64,000 nucleotides of DNA from Cenarchaeum sp. (lineage in GTDB: Archaea > Thermoproteota > Nitrososphaeria > Nitrososphaerales > Nitrosopumilaceae), in NCBI GenBank assembly GCA_965212015.1, contig OZ243037.1:1216001-1280000 (forward strand). The letters are read 5' to 3'. Position numbers and translations under genes: made by a program. Of the stretch, positions 29,681 to 39,246 are shown piece by piece. Below the pieces are notes generated by a model. It had not been told where the DNA came from and ran no database searches. It was given only the letters and a program-made list of their open reading frames with translations. Position 1 is the stretch's first letter. Every line of letters begins with the position of its first letter.

Positions 29681-29914
29681 CACAGTATAGTAATTATTAC
29701 TATTTAACATTTAGTATGAAAATTCATATAAAATCAACCGTCATATTGGAATTTTTTGAGGCTAAATGATGCAAATGTCCGGATCCGGACCGGTGCAGAT
29801 GGCATGGCAGGAGCAGCCGGCGGCGGAATCCCGCACGCTGCGGGTCTGCACCTGCAAAAAAACGGCGCGGAGGTGGAAATAGAATTAATAGTACAGGTGC
29901 AAGACTCGAGAGCC

Positions 29915-30124
29915 ATGGAGCAGCTCAAAAAGAGAAAGATTCGCCTGATTATCCTGCTTGCAGTCATTTGGTTTGTCATTACACTTCCGCTTCCGTGGAT
30001 TGTCGGAAATCCCGACGTAAAAGAGTCCTCGTTTTACACAATTCTGGGAATCATTGGAATCATGTCGATTCCGTTTGTCATGCTGGGAATTGTCTGGACC
30101 CTAAAGCCAGAGCTTACAACATGA
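29915..30124 (+). CDS. Small two-TM membrane protein
   Basis: MEQLKKRK followed by two hydrophobic helices; ATGA overlap with cysQ. Confidence 0.75.
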   Translation: MEQLKKRKIRLIILLAVIWFVITLPLPWIVGNPDVKESSFYTILGIIGIMSIPFVMLGIVWTLKPELTT

Positions 30125-30927
30125 AAGTTCCCATACAGGACAAGATGCCCGAGCTTGACTTGGCCATAGAGGCCGCACTCACGGCGGGCCGGGAGATAAT
30201 GAGAATCTACCGGACTGATTTTTCGTCGGGAACCAAGGCCGACGATTCTCCCATTACCGAGGCGGACCTGGCAAGCAACCGGATAATAAGGGACATACTT
30301 GCAAGGTCGGGCCACTATATTCTGTCAGAGGAGGATGCGGACAGCGCAGACAGGCTAAAGGAGACCGTTCTGTGGATTGTAGATCCGCTGGACGGGACGT
30401 CGGACTTTATCGACAGGACGGGAGAGTTTACCGTAATGGTTGCGCTGGTACGCGACGGCAGGCCGGTAATAGGGGTGATTAACTGGCCGGACGGGGGCGA
30501 GCTGTTCGTGGCACAGAGGGGCGGCGGCGCATTCAGGCTCTCCGAGGGAGAATGGAGGGGGATTGCAGTCAGCCCCGTCACGGAGCTGGGATCGTGCAGG
30601 ATTGTCGGAAGCAGGCACCACCTGTCCCGTCTGGAGCGCGATCTAATCGGCAAGATGGGCATAGGCGAGTTTGTCAGCGTGGGCAGCTCCCTGAAGGCCT
30701 GCAACGTGGGCTCTGGAAAGGCAGACGCGTACTTTACCCTGACTAACAAGATGAACGAGTGGGACTCTGCGGCATCAAGCTGCATAGTGACTGAGGCAGG
30801 CGGAAGGATTACCGACATGTGCGGTAATGAGATCACGTACAACGGCGGCGACGTCAGGCACCAAAACGGGATATTAATCAGCAACGGCGGCCTGCACGAA
30901 AAGATTCTGAGGGCCGTACTAGATTAG
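30121..30927 (+). CDS. cysQ: 3'(2'),5'-bisphosphate nucleotidase (inositol monophosphatase family)
   Basis: SPITEAD, LSEE, WIVDPLDGT, GSSLK, EWDSAA; context with sat/cysC. Confidence 0.9.
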   Translation: MKVPIQDKMPELDLAIEAALTAGREIMRIYRTDFSSGTKADDSPITEADLASNRIIRDILARSGHYILSEEDADSADRLKETVLWIVDPLDGTSDFIDRTGEFTVMVALVRDGRPVIGVINWPDGGELFVAQRGGGAFRLSEGEWRGIAVSPVTELGSCRIVGSRHHLSRLERDLIGKMGIGEFVSVGSSLKACNVGSGKADAYFTLTNKMNEWDSAASSCIVTEAGGRITDMCGNEITYNGGDVRHQNGILISNGGLHEKILRAVLD

Positions 30928-31434
30928 ATTTCTGGATTTCAGGTGATCCTTTACCTTGCCTGCGGACTCTGTTAATGACTCGTGTTCTGCGTCAATTAGG
31001 AGATCCGGACTCTCCGGGGCCTCGTATGGATCGTCGATTCCCGTAAATCCCTTTATTTCGCCGGCCCTTGCCTTTGCATACATTCCCTTTACGTCGCGCT
31101 TTTCGCACTCTTGCAGCGAGCATTTCACATAGACCTCGGAGAATTGATCGTCGGATGCTATGATCTTTTTTGCAGTGGAGCGGTTTTCAGCATACGGGCT
31201 GACAAGGGAGACGCAGCTGGAAACCCCGTGCCGGAGCAGGAGCTTTGCCAGATGGGCGACTTTTCTGTTGTGCTCGTCGCGTCCGGCCTTTGAAAAGTCC
31301 TTTGGCGAGAACCATTCGCGCAGCTCGTCGCCGTCAAGCATTGCCAAATTGGGAACGTCCTTTTGCAGCTCTTGGACGATCGTGGTCTTTCCAGAGCAGG
31401 GAAGTCCAGTCATCCACAAGACAAACGGCTTCAT
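30919..31434 (-). CDS. cysC: Adenylyl-sulfate kinase
   Basis: GLPCSGKTT, LDGD, RDVKGMY, FTGIDDPYEAP. Confidence 0.95.
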   Translation of the reverse strand: MKPFVLWMTGLPCSGKTTIVQELQKDVPNLAMLDGDELREWFSPKDFSKAGRDEHNRKVAHLAKLLLRHGVSSCVSLVSPYAENRSTAKKIIASDDQFSEVYVKCSLQECEKRDVKGMYAKARAGEIKGFTGIDDPYEAPESPDLLIDAEHESLTESAGKVKDHLKSRNLI

Positions 31435-31501
31435 AATGCAGAAATCTCCGGCCTTGCCTTAAAATCCTTTTGCCGTTTTGCAGAAATATTCATAGCTCCG
31501 G

Positions 31502-32038
31502 CTAGCGGCACCAGTCCTGCGATTCTAGCACCCCAATCTCCCTTACCATCTCGTCTATCCTCTTTGAGGTGGCAGTCACGGCCTGGAAATACTCGAACAT
31601 TTCCCTCTCTTCTAGCTCGTCGATGGCTTTTTGCGCCTCATCAAAGAACCTGTCCTCCTTTTCCAGATGGTCCCGCAGGTAAATGCAGTAGGTCCTCATG
31701 AACCTGGCAACCGGCTCCCGTGCGTCCTCGCCGTTCTTCCATCTTTTTAGGTGCCGGGATATCTGAAACGCCACGTTGCGCCCAAACTGGTGCTCTATGA
31801 GAAACTTTCTTAGCTCCTCGGCAAAGCCGCCAGAGGCGCCAACGCACGGAAAATACGAGTCCTCCTCCCTGGAATAGTGGATAGAGTCCAGAAACTCGGA
31901 TATTATCAGCGTAATCTTTTCCATGTCCTCAAACGGGATGTCGGCCCCGCCGTACAGCGCCTCGTAGCATTTCGTAATCACCTTTTCAAGCCGCCTTACG
32001 TGCTTGTGATCCCCCCTCAGTGCGTCGGTGGCACTCAT
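31502..32038 (-). CDS. Hemerythrin-like domain protein
   Basis: H..., HxxxEE, EH, HxxKED metal-ligand pattern. Confidence 0.85.
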   Translation of the reverse strand: MSATDALRGDHKHVRRLEKVITKCYEALYGGADIPFEDMEKITLIISEFLDSIHYSREEDSYFPCVGASGGFAEELRKFLIEHQFGRNVAFQISRHLKRWKNGEDAREPVARFMRTYCIYLRDHLEKEDRFFDEAQKAIDELEEREMFEYFQAVTATSKRIDEMVREIGVLESQDWCR

Positions 32039-32193
32039 GCAGGCAATCCACCTGGCTCTTAATTTTAATCTGCGGCATTGCCCGCCGGGGAGATTTTTTG
32101 CGGCAGAATGCGGCGGGTGAATCGGCGCATTGTTTTCAAGCAAAACATTGTTGACAGGGCTTTTAAATAAACCCGGCAAGGAACTCGAGTTGG

Positions 32194-33582
32194 ATGATTC
32201 CGGTCTTTTTTGGCGTATTGGATATGATCAGGGATTTTTTTAGCCCCGGCGGGTTCCCACCGGACCTGCCTGGCACCATGCCGGGCATCGAGGAGCTAGT
32301 CGCAATCCTCTCAATTACTGACAGCTCGATTGCATCCGCACCGGTGCTGCTACTGGCGGCCGGGATTGTAATCTTTCTCGGGGTGGCAGGCGAGTCATTT
32401 TTCAAAAAGACGGGGATTCCAGACGTGGCGTTTTTGATGGTCCTCGGGGTGATTCTGGGACCGGTTCTGGGAATAATTCAGCCGGAGGTAATAACGGAGA
32501 TCGTCCCCTACTTTGCCGCAATAGCGCTGATCATAATCATGTTCGACGGGGGCCTGAATTTGGATCTAAAACACATGGCAAAGACGGCACATTTTGCAAT
32601 CTTTCTGTCGATACTAGGCTTTATCGCGTCTGTGGCCATAGTCACGCTGATTGCCCACTATGGGCTCGGCTGGGAATGGCTGGACAGCATCCTTTTGGGC
32701 TCCATCGTGGGTGGAAGCAGCTCAGTCATTGTGTTTGGCCTTGTCAGAAACATCAGCGTCTCTGAGGAGACAAAATCAATGCTGAGCTTCGAGTCGGCAA
32801 TCACGGACATACTTGCAACCATCATCGCCTTTATCCTGTTCCAGTCGATTCTTACGGGGGAGTTCAGCCTGACAATGCTAAGCGAGACGATAGGTACTGC
32901 GATAATCGTGGGACTCGGACTCGGACTGGGGGTCGGCATCCCGTGGATGTACATTACAACAAAGCTGGGAAATGCGCAGCACGGATACATGCTGACGCTG
33001 GGAATACTCTTTGTGCTGTTCTTTATGGCAAACATGCTTGGCGAATCAGGCGCGCTGACTGCCCTGGTGTTCGGCCTGATGCTGGGCAACAAGCAGAGGC
33101 TGTCGAGGATATTCAGGTTCAAGGTAAGGATGATAGAGCCCGATGATCCCACCCACAGCCAGCTGACGTTTTTGGTCAGGGCGTTTTTCTTTGTGTTTGT
33201 GGGGCTGCTGGCCAGCTTTGGGCAGATAGAGTACGTCGTGCTCGGAATAGTGGCAACCGTTGCAATCTATGTGGCGCGAATCGTGATTTCGCGCGCCATA
33301 CTGACAAAAAAATTCTCAACCATAGACAAAAAGGTGACACAGGTAATGATTCCGCGCGGACTGGCCGCCGCCGTCCTTGCCACGCTGCCGCTGACGATTG
33401 GCCTTCCCAACGCAGAGGCGTACCCGCAGATTGTCTTTTTCATAATACTGACGTCGGTAGTCATAACGACGATAGGCCTGGGTTCTGCAAAAAAGATACC
33501 GCCGCCGGAGCACGTCGAGGGGGGATACGTAAAAAAACCAGACGGCGCAGACGAAGGTGCGCAAGAGGCGGATGTAAAATAA
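32194..33582 (+). CDS. Cation:proton antiporter (CPA1/NhaP-like)
   Basis: ~13 TM helices; FDGG, FESAITD, PRGLAAAVLA; start position uncertain. Confidence 0.9.
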   Translation: MIPVFFGVLDMIRDFFSPGGFPPDLPGTMPGIEELVAILSITDSSIASAPVLLLAAGIVIFLGVAGESFFKKTGIPDVAFLMVLGVILGPVLGIIQPEVITEIVPYFAAIALIIIMFDGGLNLDLKHMAKTAHFAIFLSILGFIASVAIVTLIAHYGLGWEWLDSILLGSIVGGSSSVIVFGLVRNISVSEETKSMLSFESAITDILATIIAFILFQSILTGEFSLTMLSETIGTAIIVGLGLGLGVGIPWMYITTKLGNAQHGYMLTLGILFVLFFMANMLGESGALTALVFGLMLGNKQRLSRIFRFKVRMIEPDDPTHSQLTFLVRAFFFVFVGLLASFGQIEYVVLGIVATVAIYVARIVISRAILTKKFSTIDKKVTQVMIPRGLAAAVLATLPLTIGLPNAEAYPQIVFFIILTSVVITTIGLGSAKKIPPPEHVEGGYVKKPDGADEGAQEADVK

Positions 33583-33594
33583 ATCCGCAGGCGC

Positions 33595-34506
33595 CTACAG
33601 TTCCAGCATGTCCTTGAGGCCCTTGTAGCGGTTCCGGATGGTCACCTCGGTGACGCTGGCCGCCTCGGCAATGTCCCTCTGCGTCTTGTCCTCGCCGTTT
33701 TTTACGCACGACAGGTACAGTGCCGCCGCTGCCAGTCCCATCGGATCCTTGCCTGCCGATACCTGGTCTTTTTGCGCCCTTTTTAGCACCTTGATTGCAT
33801 AGCGCTTTGTTTTTTCGGTGATTCCAATCATGCTTGATATCCTTGCCACGCACTGAATCGAGTCGGTAACCGGCATCCTTAGATCAAGCTCCTTTACTAG
33901 CAGCCTGTAGCACCGCGCGATGTCCTTTCTCTTGATGTTGGCTGCCTGCTCGACGTCCTTTAGGTTTCGCGGTGTCGAGGTGTCGCGGCACGCAGCATAC
34001 AGCGCAGATGCCATCAGTGCAGAAATTGATCGCCCTCGGACCAGCCCCTTTTCTAGTGCCTTGCGGTAGATGTATGCGGCCTTTTCTATTACGGCGTCTG
34101 ATATGGCCATCTTGTCCTTGAGCCTGTTAAGCTCGCCGAACGCCTGCCGAAAGTTCCTGTCGACAGGCTCGTGGACCTGGCTCCTGCTGTCCCATGTCCG
34201 CAGCCGCTCTATCGTGCTTTTCATCGAGGCCGTAAGCGGCCTTCCGGAGGCATCCTTGTTTACGGGGTTGATGACGGTGGCAAGCCCCATGTCATGCATT
34301 GTAAGCGACGTCGGGGCCCCCGCCCTTGCCCTGTCGCCGTGCTCGCCTTGCGTAAACGAGCGCCATTCCGGTCCGGATTCCTGGAGTTTCTCAGAGAGGA
34401 CAAAGCCGCACTTTGAGCAAAACATCTCTCCGGACTCGTTGTCAGTCACCAGCTGGCCCTTTGCACACCTGGGGCACGTGTCTTTGGGATTGGAATGTTT
34501 TGCCAT
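33595..34506 (-). CDS. tfb: Transcription initiation factor IIB
   Basis: CPxC..CxxCG Zn ribbon, GPEWR, HDMGL, two cyclin repeats, TEVTIRNRYK. Confidence 0.97.
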   Translation of the reverse strand: MAKHSNPKDTCPRCAKGQLVTDNESGEMFCSKCGFVLSEKLQESGPEWRSFTQGEHGDRARAGAPTSLTMHDMGLATVINPVNKDASGRPLTASMKSTIERLRTWDSRSQVHEPVDRNFRQAFGELNRLKDKMAISDAVIEKAAYIYRKALEKGLVRGRSISALMASALYAACRDTSTPRNLKDVEQAANIKRKDIARCYRLLVKELDLRMPVTDSIQCVARISSMIGITEKTKRYAIKVLKRAQKDQVSAGKDPMGLAAAALYLSCVKNGEDKTQRDIAEAASVTEVTIRNRYKGLKDMLEL

Positions 34507-34642
34507 GATATCACGATTGTAGGATTTGTCAGGCCCGAGGGATATATGAAGCAACAACTTGGACGCAGTCCCGTCCCGTCCCGAAAGGGGGGTTTTTCTG
34601 GTTTTCAGAATGTAGAAAAGACGGAGACATTGTAGTGCTGGT

Positions 34643-35575
34643 ATGAACCATAAAGTCGTCGCGCTGCTAGCGGCCCTTGCAGTGGCCGGATTGTCTTCTG
34701 CGTCTGCAGAGACTGTCAGGGAATCCGCCGAGGGCGGAATGGACATTGAGATCACGTATCCGGACACCGCCATCATCGGGCGCGATTTTCCGGTTTCATT
34801 TCTGATTCACAACAACGGGTGGGAGGACAAGGAACGGGTGGTCATCCGGTTCGATCCGGACGATGCAATAGTGCCGGTCACAAAAAACAGCACGGGGATA
34901 GAAAAGATTGCAGCCGGCGGCTCTTACGGCGATACCGTGGACTTTGCGGTGCTGCCAGGCGCCTCGGCGGGAATTCATTTTCTCAACCTGGACTATTCGC
35001 AGGTGCTGCTTGAGAACAACGAGACGCCGAGGCCAGAGACGCGCACCAACATTGCAATAGCCCTGGACATAAGGGAGCAGGCCAGAGTCTCCATCCACGC
35101 CGCGGCACCGGAATCAATCTTTGCCCGGGCCGAGTTCCCGTTTACCGTAGAGGTGCTGTCAGAAGACGTGGATCTGAGAGACGTGCACATAGAGATCATT
35201 GCGCCCAAGGACATTGAGTTTAGGGGCGAGACGCTGCACGTCTTTTCGTCCGTCAAGAGGGGCGAGACGCTGGGCATCACGTCTAGAATCATCACGCCGG
35301 CAGAAGAGGTGCAGGCCGAATACAGCGTTCCGTTTCAGATTCTGGTAAGCTATGACGACGCAGGAAAAAGGCAGGAGGACTCGCAGACAGTTTCGCTGAC
35401 CCTGAGGCCGCGGTCCTTTATGGAGCTGACCACGGACGGCGGAATCTGGATAGGCGGGATTTTCATTGCGCCGTACATAAGCCTGGGCACCATAATCGGG
35501 ATTCCCGCAGGCGCGGTTTTTTCATTGCTGATCAAAAAAAGAAGGCAAAAACCCCGGGAGGCAGGCAGGACATGA
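34643..35575 (+). CDS. Exported Ig-like/S-layer-domain membrane-anchored protein
   Basis: Signal peptide, two beta-sandwich repeats, C-terminal TM + basic tail. Confidence 0.7.
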   Translation: MNHKVVALLAALAVAGLSSASAETVRESAEGGMDIEITYPDTAIIGRDFPVSFLIHNNGWEDKERVVIRFDPDDAIVPVTKNSTGIEKIAAGGSYGDTVDFAVLPGASAGIHFLNLDYSQVLLENNETPRPETRTNIAIALDIREQARVSIHAAAPESIFARAEFPFTVEVLSEDVDLRDVHIEIIAPKDIEFRGETLHVFSSVKRGETLGITSRIITPAEEVQAEYSVPFQILVSYDDAGKRQEDSQTVSLTLRPRSFMELTTDGGIWIGGIFIAPYISLGTIIGIPAGAVFSLLIKKRRQKPREAGRT

Positions 35576-37038
35576 TGCCGGCGCCGGCTGCGTTTTTTGC
35601 AGCACTTTTGTGCGCGGTGCTGATTCCGGGTGCGGCAGGGCACGGGATCGGCTACGAGGTGCTCCCGCCGATGCCGCTAGGCGACAGGATGGTGGAGCTG
35701 GAGATAGTCTCCTCGCAGTACGAGAATCTCGGCAATCCCGACAGGGAGATTCAGTTTTCGCTGCGTGACGCAGGTGATGAGTCCCCCGTCGAAGACGTGA
35801 CATACCGCGTAGTGGCCACCAAGGCCGGCGGTTTTCTCTTTGATCAGACGCTTGCGGCGGCAGACGGGGTGTTTGTCTTTGTTTTGGAGGGCGGCGAGTC
35901 CGACGAGGTTTCGCTTGAAAAAAGGGGGCAGGGAGGATGGTTCGAGTCAATAGCAGGCCTGAAAAAGGAGGTCATTTACGCCAGCGGCGCGGCATTTCAG
36001 ACGGGCGGGCTGTACAAGTTCAAGGTGGACATATCATCCGCAGCCGGGCCCCCCATAGCGTACGACGTGGGACTGTCCGTTCCCGACACGGTGTCATTTG
36101 ACATACGGGATCCAAACTTTGGAGTGCAGAGGATAAACCTCACCTCGTACTATGACGAGGTCTCGGATTTTGCATACGATCCGGATTCCAGGGGCGTCTC
36201 GTTTTCAATGCCCTTTGAGTGGGACATTGGCAACATAAACGAGACATCCGTGGTTCACGAGGAGGTGGCGTTCCCAAAGACCTTCGGCGACGTGCTGGTG
36301 GCCCGGTATGACACGCACGTAAACGGGATCAAGATGCCCGAGAGGGTTACCGTAATAGACGATTTTTCAGAGGGGCGCAGGACCGTGCACATGGTGCTCA
36401 ACCAAAACGATCTTCGGGGCATCCTGGACGGACAGGAGCGGGACGTCATGGATTTTTTGCTGGTGCCAAAGGACGGCTCCCCGTTTATCCTGGTCACCGA
36501 GAACGGGCAGTTTAGAATCACAGTCAGCCGGGATCCGGGAGGCTCCGAATCCGGCACCGAGACTTTTCTTTTTGACATTACCGACGTATTCCTAAAGAAC
36601 ACCCCGGTTGCAGTCAGCTATGAGGTGTTCCTGGAGCACGACGGGAGGGTGGTTGCCGGCACGGGGGGAACCAGTGATGATTCGGGCAGGCACAACGAGT
36701 TTGGCGCGCCTGTCGGCGCAGACTCTGGCGTGATGGTCCTCCGGTTTGAGAATCTGGACGGCAATGCACTGGCCCGGGCCGAATTGCCGATAGTCGTCGG
36801 GTCGGATCACGTCACAATCCCGGACTGGTTTCGGGACAATGCCGGATGGTGGTCAGGCGGCAGGATTAGCGACTCGGATTTCATTGCATCGATGGAATAC
36901 GTGACGGGAATGCGCATAACCGGGACTGCAATACCTGACTGGTTTCGGGACAGTGCGGCGGGGTGGTCGGACATGGAAATCTCCGGCGGGGACTTTGCAG
37001 CCGGAGTACGCCGCCTCATGGCAGAGGGGACATTATGA
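35572..37038 (+). CDS. Thaumarchaeal exported protein with IPDWFRDxAxWW tail repeats
   Basis: Signal peptide ending AAG-H, SYYD..FSMPF.W..VHEEV..P motifs, two IPDWFRD repeats. Confidence 0.78.
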   Translation: MMPAPAAFFAALLCAVLIPGAAGHGIGYEVLPPMPLGDRMVELEIVSSQYENLGNPDREIQFSLRDAGDESPVEDVTYRVVATKAGGFLFDQTLAAADGVFVFVLEGGESDEVSLEKRGQGGWFESIAGLKKEVIYASGAAFQTGGLYKFKVDISSAAGPPIAYDVGLSVPDTVSFDIRDPNFGVQRINLTSYYDEVSDFAYDPDSRGVSFSMPFEWDIGNINETSVVHEEVAFPKTFGDVLVARYDTHVNGIKMPERVTVIDDFSEGRRTVHMVLNQNDLRGILDGQERDVMDFLLVPKDGSPFILVTENGQFRITVSRDPGGSESGTETFLFDITDVFLKNTPVAVSYEVFLEHDGRVVAGTGGTSDDSGRHNEFGAPVGADSGVMVLRFENLDGNALARAELPIVVGSDHVTIPDWFRDNAGWWSGGRISDSDFIASMEYVTGMRITGTAIPDWFRDSAAGWSDMEISGGDFAAGVRRLMAEGTL

Positions 37039-37776
37039 CTTGGAGTGTCTGACTGTGGCTAGTATCGCAATTGCAATTCCGGCGGCACCCATCGCCATTC
37101 CGGCATAGCTAATGCCTGCAAGCTGGCCTGCCTGCGCCTTGATGTCTTTTTTAATCGAGCCTATCTCGCCTACGAGTGCGGCATGCCCGTCGATGATCTG
37201 CTTTATGGTCTGATCCTCGGGTTCCGGAAACTCAATGTCCGATCTCTCGCTTACCTTGGGCGGGTGCATCGAGATGCTAACCGGTGTGCCGCGGATCTCG
37301 CCGAGCAAGTTGACCTGATAGAATCCGGATGCCGTGGGGTTTACAAACGCGTGGTACTTGCCGGCTATATTGTGATCCTCGACTAGGGGCAGCGTCGTCT
37401 TTTCGTCCTCAAACACCAGCTGCATCTTTAGGTCCCCGGCGAGTCCGGCTATGCCGTTTTTGAATTCCTGCGACATGGCACACCCCGCGTGGTCTCCGGT
37501 ACACGGATCAAGCTGCCCGATTCTAAGCTCGATTCCGTTGGTCTCGCGGCTGATGACAGGCTCGTTCATCCAGCCTATCTCCAGCCTATAGTCTTCGACA
37601 GAGTCCACCGTATGGGCGTAAACCCCCGGAACCATTGCAGGGGCCACAAAAAGAACCACGACGTACCAAAGATCCAACACGCGTGGTCTTTTTTCTAGCG
37701 TTAAAAACGTTAAACCGGCTCTAGTTTCAGGCATCCGCATACATCGAGACCTCCCAGGCAGTAGGGGTCTGGGCAA
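37033..37776 (-). CDS. Exported membrane-anchored hypothetical protein
   Basis: AHT mature start, IGWMNEP, C-terminal TM; start probably downstream of the ORF start. Confidence 0.7.
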   Translation of the reverse strand: MPRPLLPGRSRCMRMPETRAGLTFLTLEKRPRVLDLWYVVVLFVAPAMVPGVYAHTVDSVEDYRLEIGWMNEPVISRETNGIELRIGQLDPCTGDHAGCAMSQEFKNGIAGLAGDLKMQLVFEDEKTTLPLVEDHNIAGKYHAFVNPTASGFYQVNLLGEIRGTPVSISMHPPKVSERSDIEFPEPEDQTIKQIIDGHAALVGEIGSIKKDIKAQAGQLAGISYAGMAMGAAGIAIAILATVRHSKS

Positions 37777-39172
37777 ACGCGACGTATTCCTTGTATTTCA
37801 GCTCGGAGTACTTTTCCAAAAAGTCCGCAGTAAAGACGTCAATTAGAAACGCATTGTCGCCTTTCAGGGCGTCTAGCGCGCCCTTGAGGGACAGGGGCAG
37901 CGAGCCGATCTTGTATTCGCGTTTTTTTTCTGCGGAAAGCTTGTAGACGTTCTCCTCGACCGGATCGCCGGGATCCAGCTTTCTTTTGATGCCGTCAAGG
38001 CCCGCAAGCAGCAATGCTGCCTCGAGCAGATAGATGTTTGCGGTGGGATCCGGAACCCGGTACTCTATTCGCTTGCTTTTTTCCTGGTTCCTGTTGTACA
38101 TGGGAATCCTGACTGCCGCCGACCTGTTTCCTATGCCCCAGCACATGTTTACTGGCGCCTCGAATCCCGGCACCAGCCTCTTGTAGGAGTTTGTGGTGGG
38201 ATTCGTGATTGCGCACAGCGCCTGGGCGTGCTCAAGTATTCCGCCCACATAGTACCTGCCAGTCTGGCTGAGCTGGGCCACGTCGTCGTCGGCGTCGTAC
38301 ATTACGTTGGTCTTGTCCCTCCATATGCTCTGGTGCGTGTGCATTGCAGAGGCGTTGTCGCCATAGATGGGCTTTGGCATAAAGGTCGCAACCTTGTTGT
38401 TGCGCTTGGCCTTTACCCTCACCATGTTTTTGACGGCAATGACATTGTCGGCCATTTTTGTCATCTCGTCGTACACCAGGTTGATCTCGCACTGCCCCGA
38501 GGTGGCCACCTCGTGGTGCTCTGCCTCGATTTTTATCTTGAAATACTGATAGAGATCATCGCAGACGTCCTTTCTGAACGTCTCAAGCGTGTCTTTGGGC
38601 TGCGACGGATAATAGCCCTCCTTGATGTCTATGGCCGTGCTGATGTTTCCCTTTGCCCACGGGGATTCCTTTGACTCTATCGAGTATCCAGAGCCGCCGT
38701 ACGAGTGCGTTGCGGCATAAGGCGACGGATACACGTTGATCGTGTCAAAGACAAAAAACTCTATCTCCGGGCCCCAGCTGGTGTGTGTCAGGCCGGTCTC
38801 GGTCAGTTTCCCGCCGGCCTTTTTTGCAATCCCCCTCGAATCCCGGTTGTACCGCGATTGGACCGACGTGTTGCCCTCGTACAAATCACAGATCAGCCTG
38901 GCGTTTTTGCGGCGTCCGTTGTCATAATCCGGGGGCATAATCCTAAACGTGTCCGGATCCGGCTTTAGTAACATGTCGGACTTGTTTACCGACTTGAAGC
39001 CCACAATGGAGCTTGCGTCCAGCTTTTCGAGGCCGTGCCTAAAGCTGTTCTCGTCTATGGCATAGCTTGGCATCCCCATCCGCCTCAGCTCCCCGAAAAT
39101 GTCCACAAACCAGAAATCAAGGAACGTGATATTGTCATCCCGGATCGTCTTTAGGACAGCCTGTACATCCAA
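37727..39172 (-). CDS. glnA: Glutamine synthetase type I, paralogue A
   Basis: GPEIEFF, HHEVATSGQCEI, FMPKP, NSYKRLVPGFEAP, NRSA, RIEYR.PD. Confidence 0.95.
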   Translation of the reverse strand: MDVQAVLKTIRDDNITFLDFWFVDIFGELRRMGMPSYAIDENSFRHGLEKLDASSIVGFKSVNKSDMLLKPDPDTFRIMPPDYDNGRRKNARLICDLYEGNTSVQSRYNRDSRGIAKKAGGKLTETGLTHTSWGPEIEFFVFDTINVYPSPYAATHSYGGSGYSIESKESPWAKGNISTAIDIKEGYYPSQPKDTLETFRKDVCDDLYQYFKIKIEAEHHEVATSGQCEINLVYDEMTKMADNVIAVKNMVRVKAKRNNKVATFMPKPIYGDNASAMHTHQSIWRDKTNVMYDADDDVAQLSQTGRYYVGGILEHAQALCAITNPTTNSYKRLVPGFEAPVNMCWGIGNRSAAVRIPMYNRNQEKSKRIEYRVPDPTANIYLLEAALLLAGLDGIKRKLDPGDPVEENVYKLSAEKKREYKIGSLPLSLKGALDALKGDNAFLIDVFTADFLEKYSELKYKEYVAFAQTPTAWEVSMYADA

Positions 39173-39246
39173 CGTACATATCTCTGCGTCCGGTTTACTA
39201 ATGCTGTCAAGTAAGATAGTTTTAGCTTTCTTGTAAATAGTGCAAA

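Noticed and set aside
34566-34596. GTCCC x3 and a CCC-GAAA-GGG mini-hairpin upstream of tfb
   Set aside because: Too short to distinguish from chance in GC-rich sequence.
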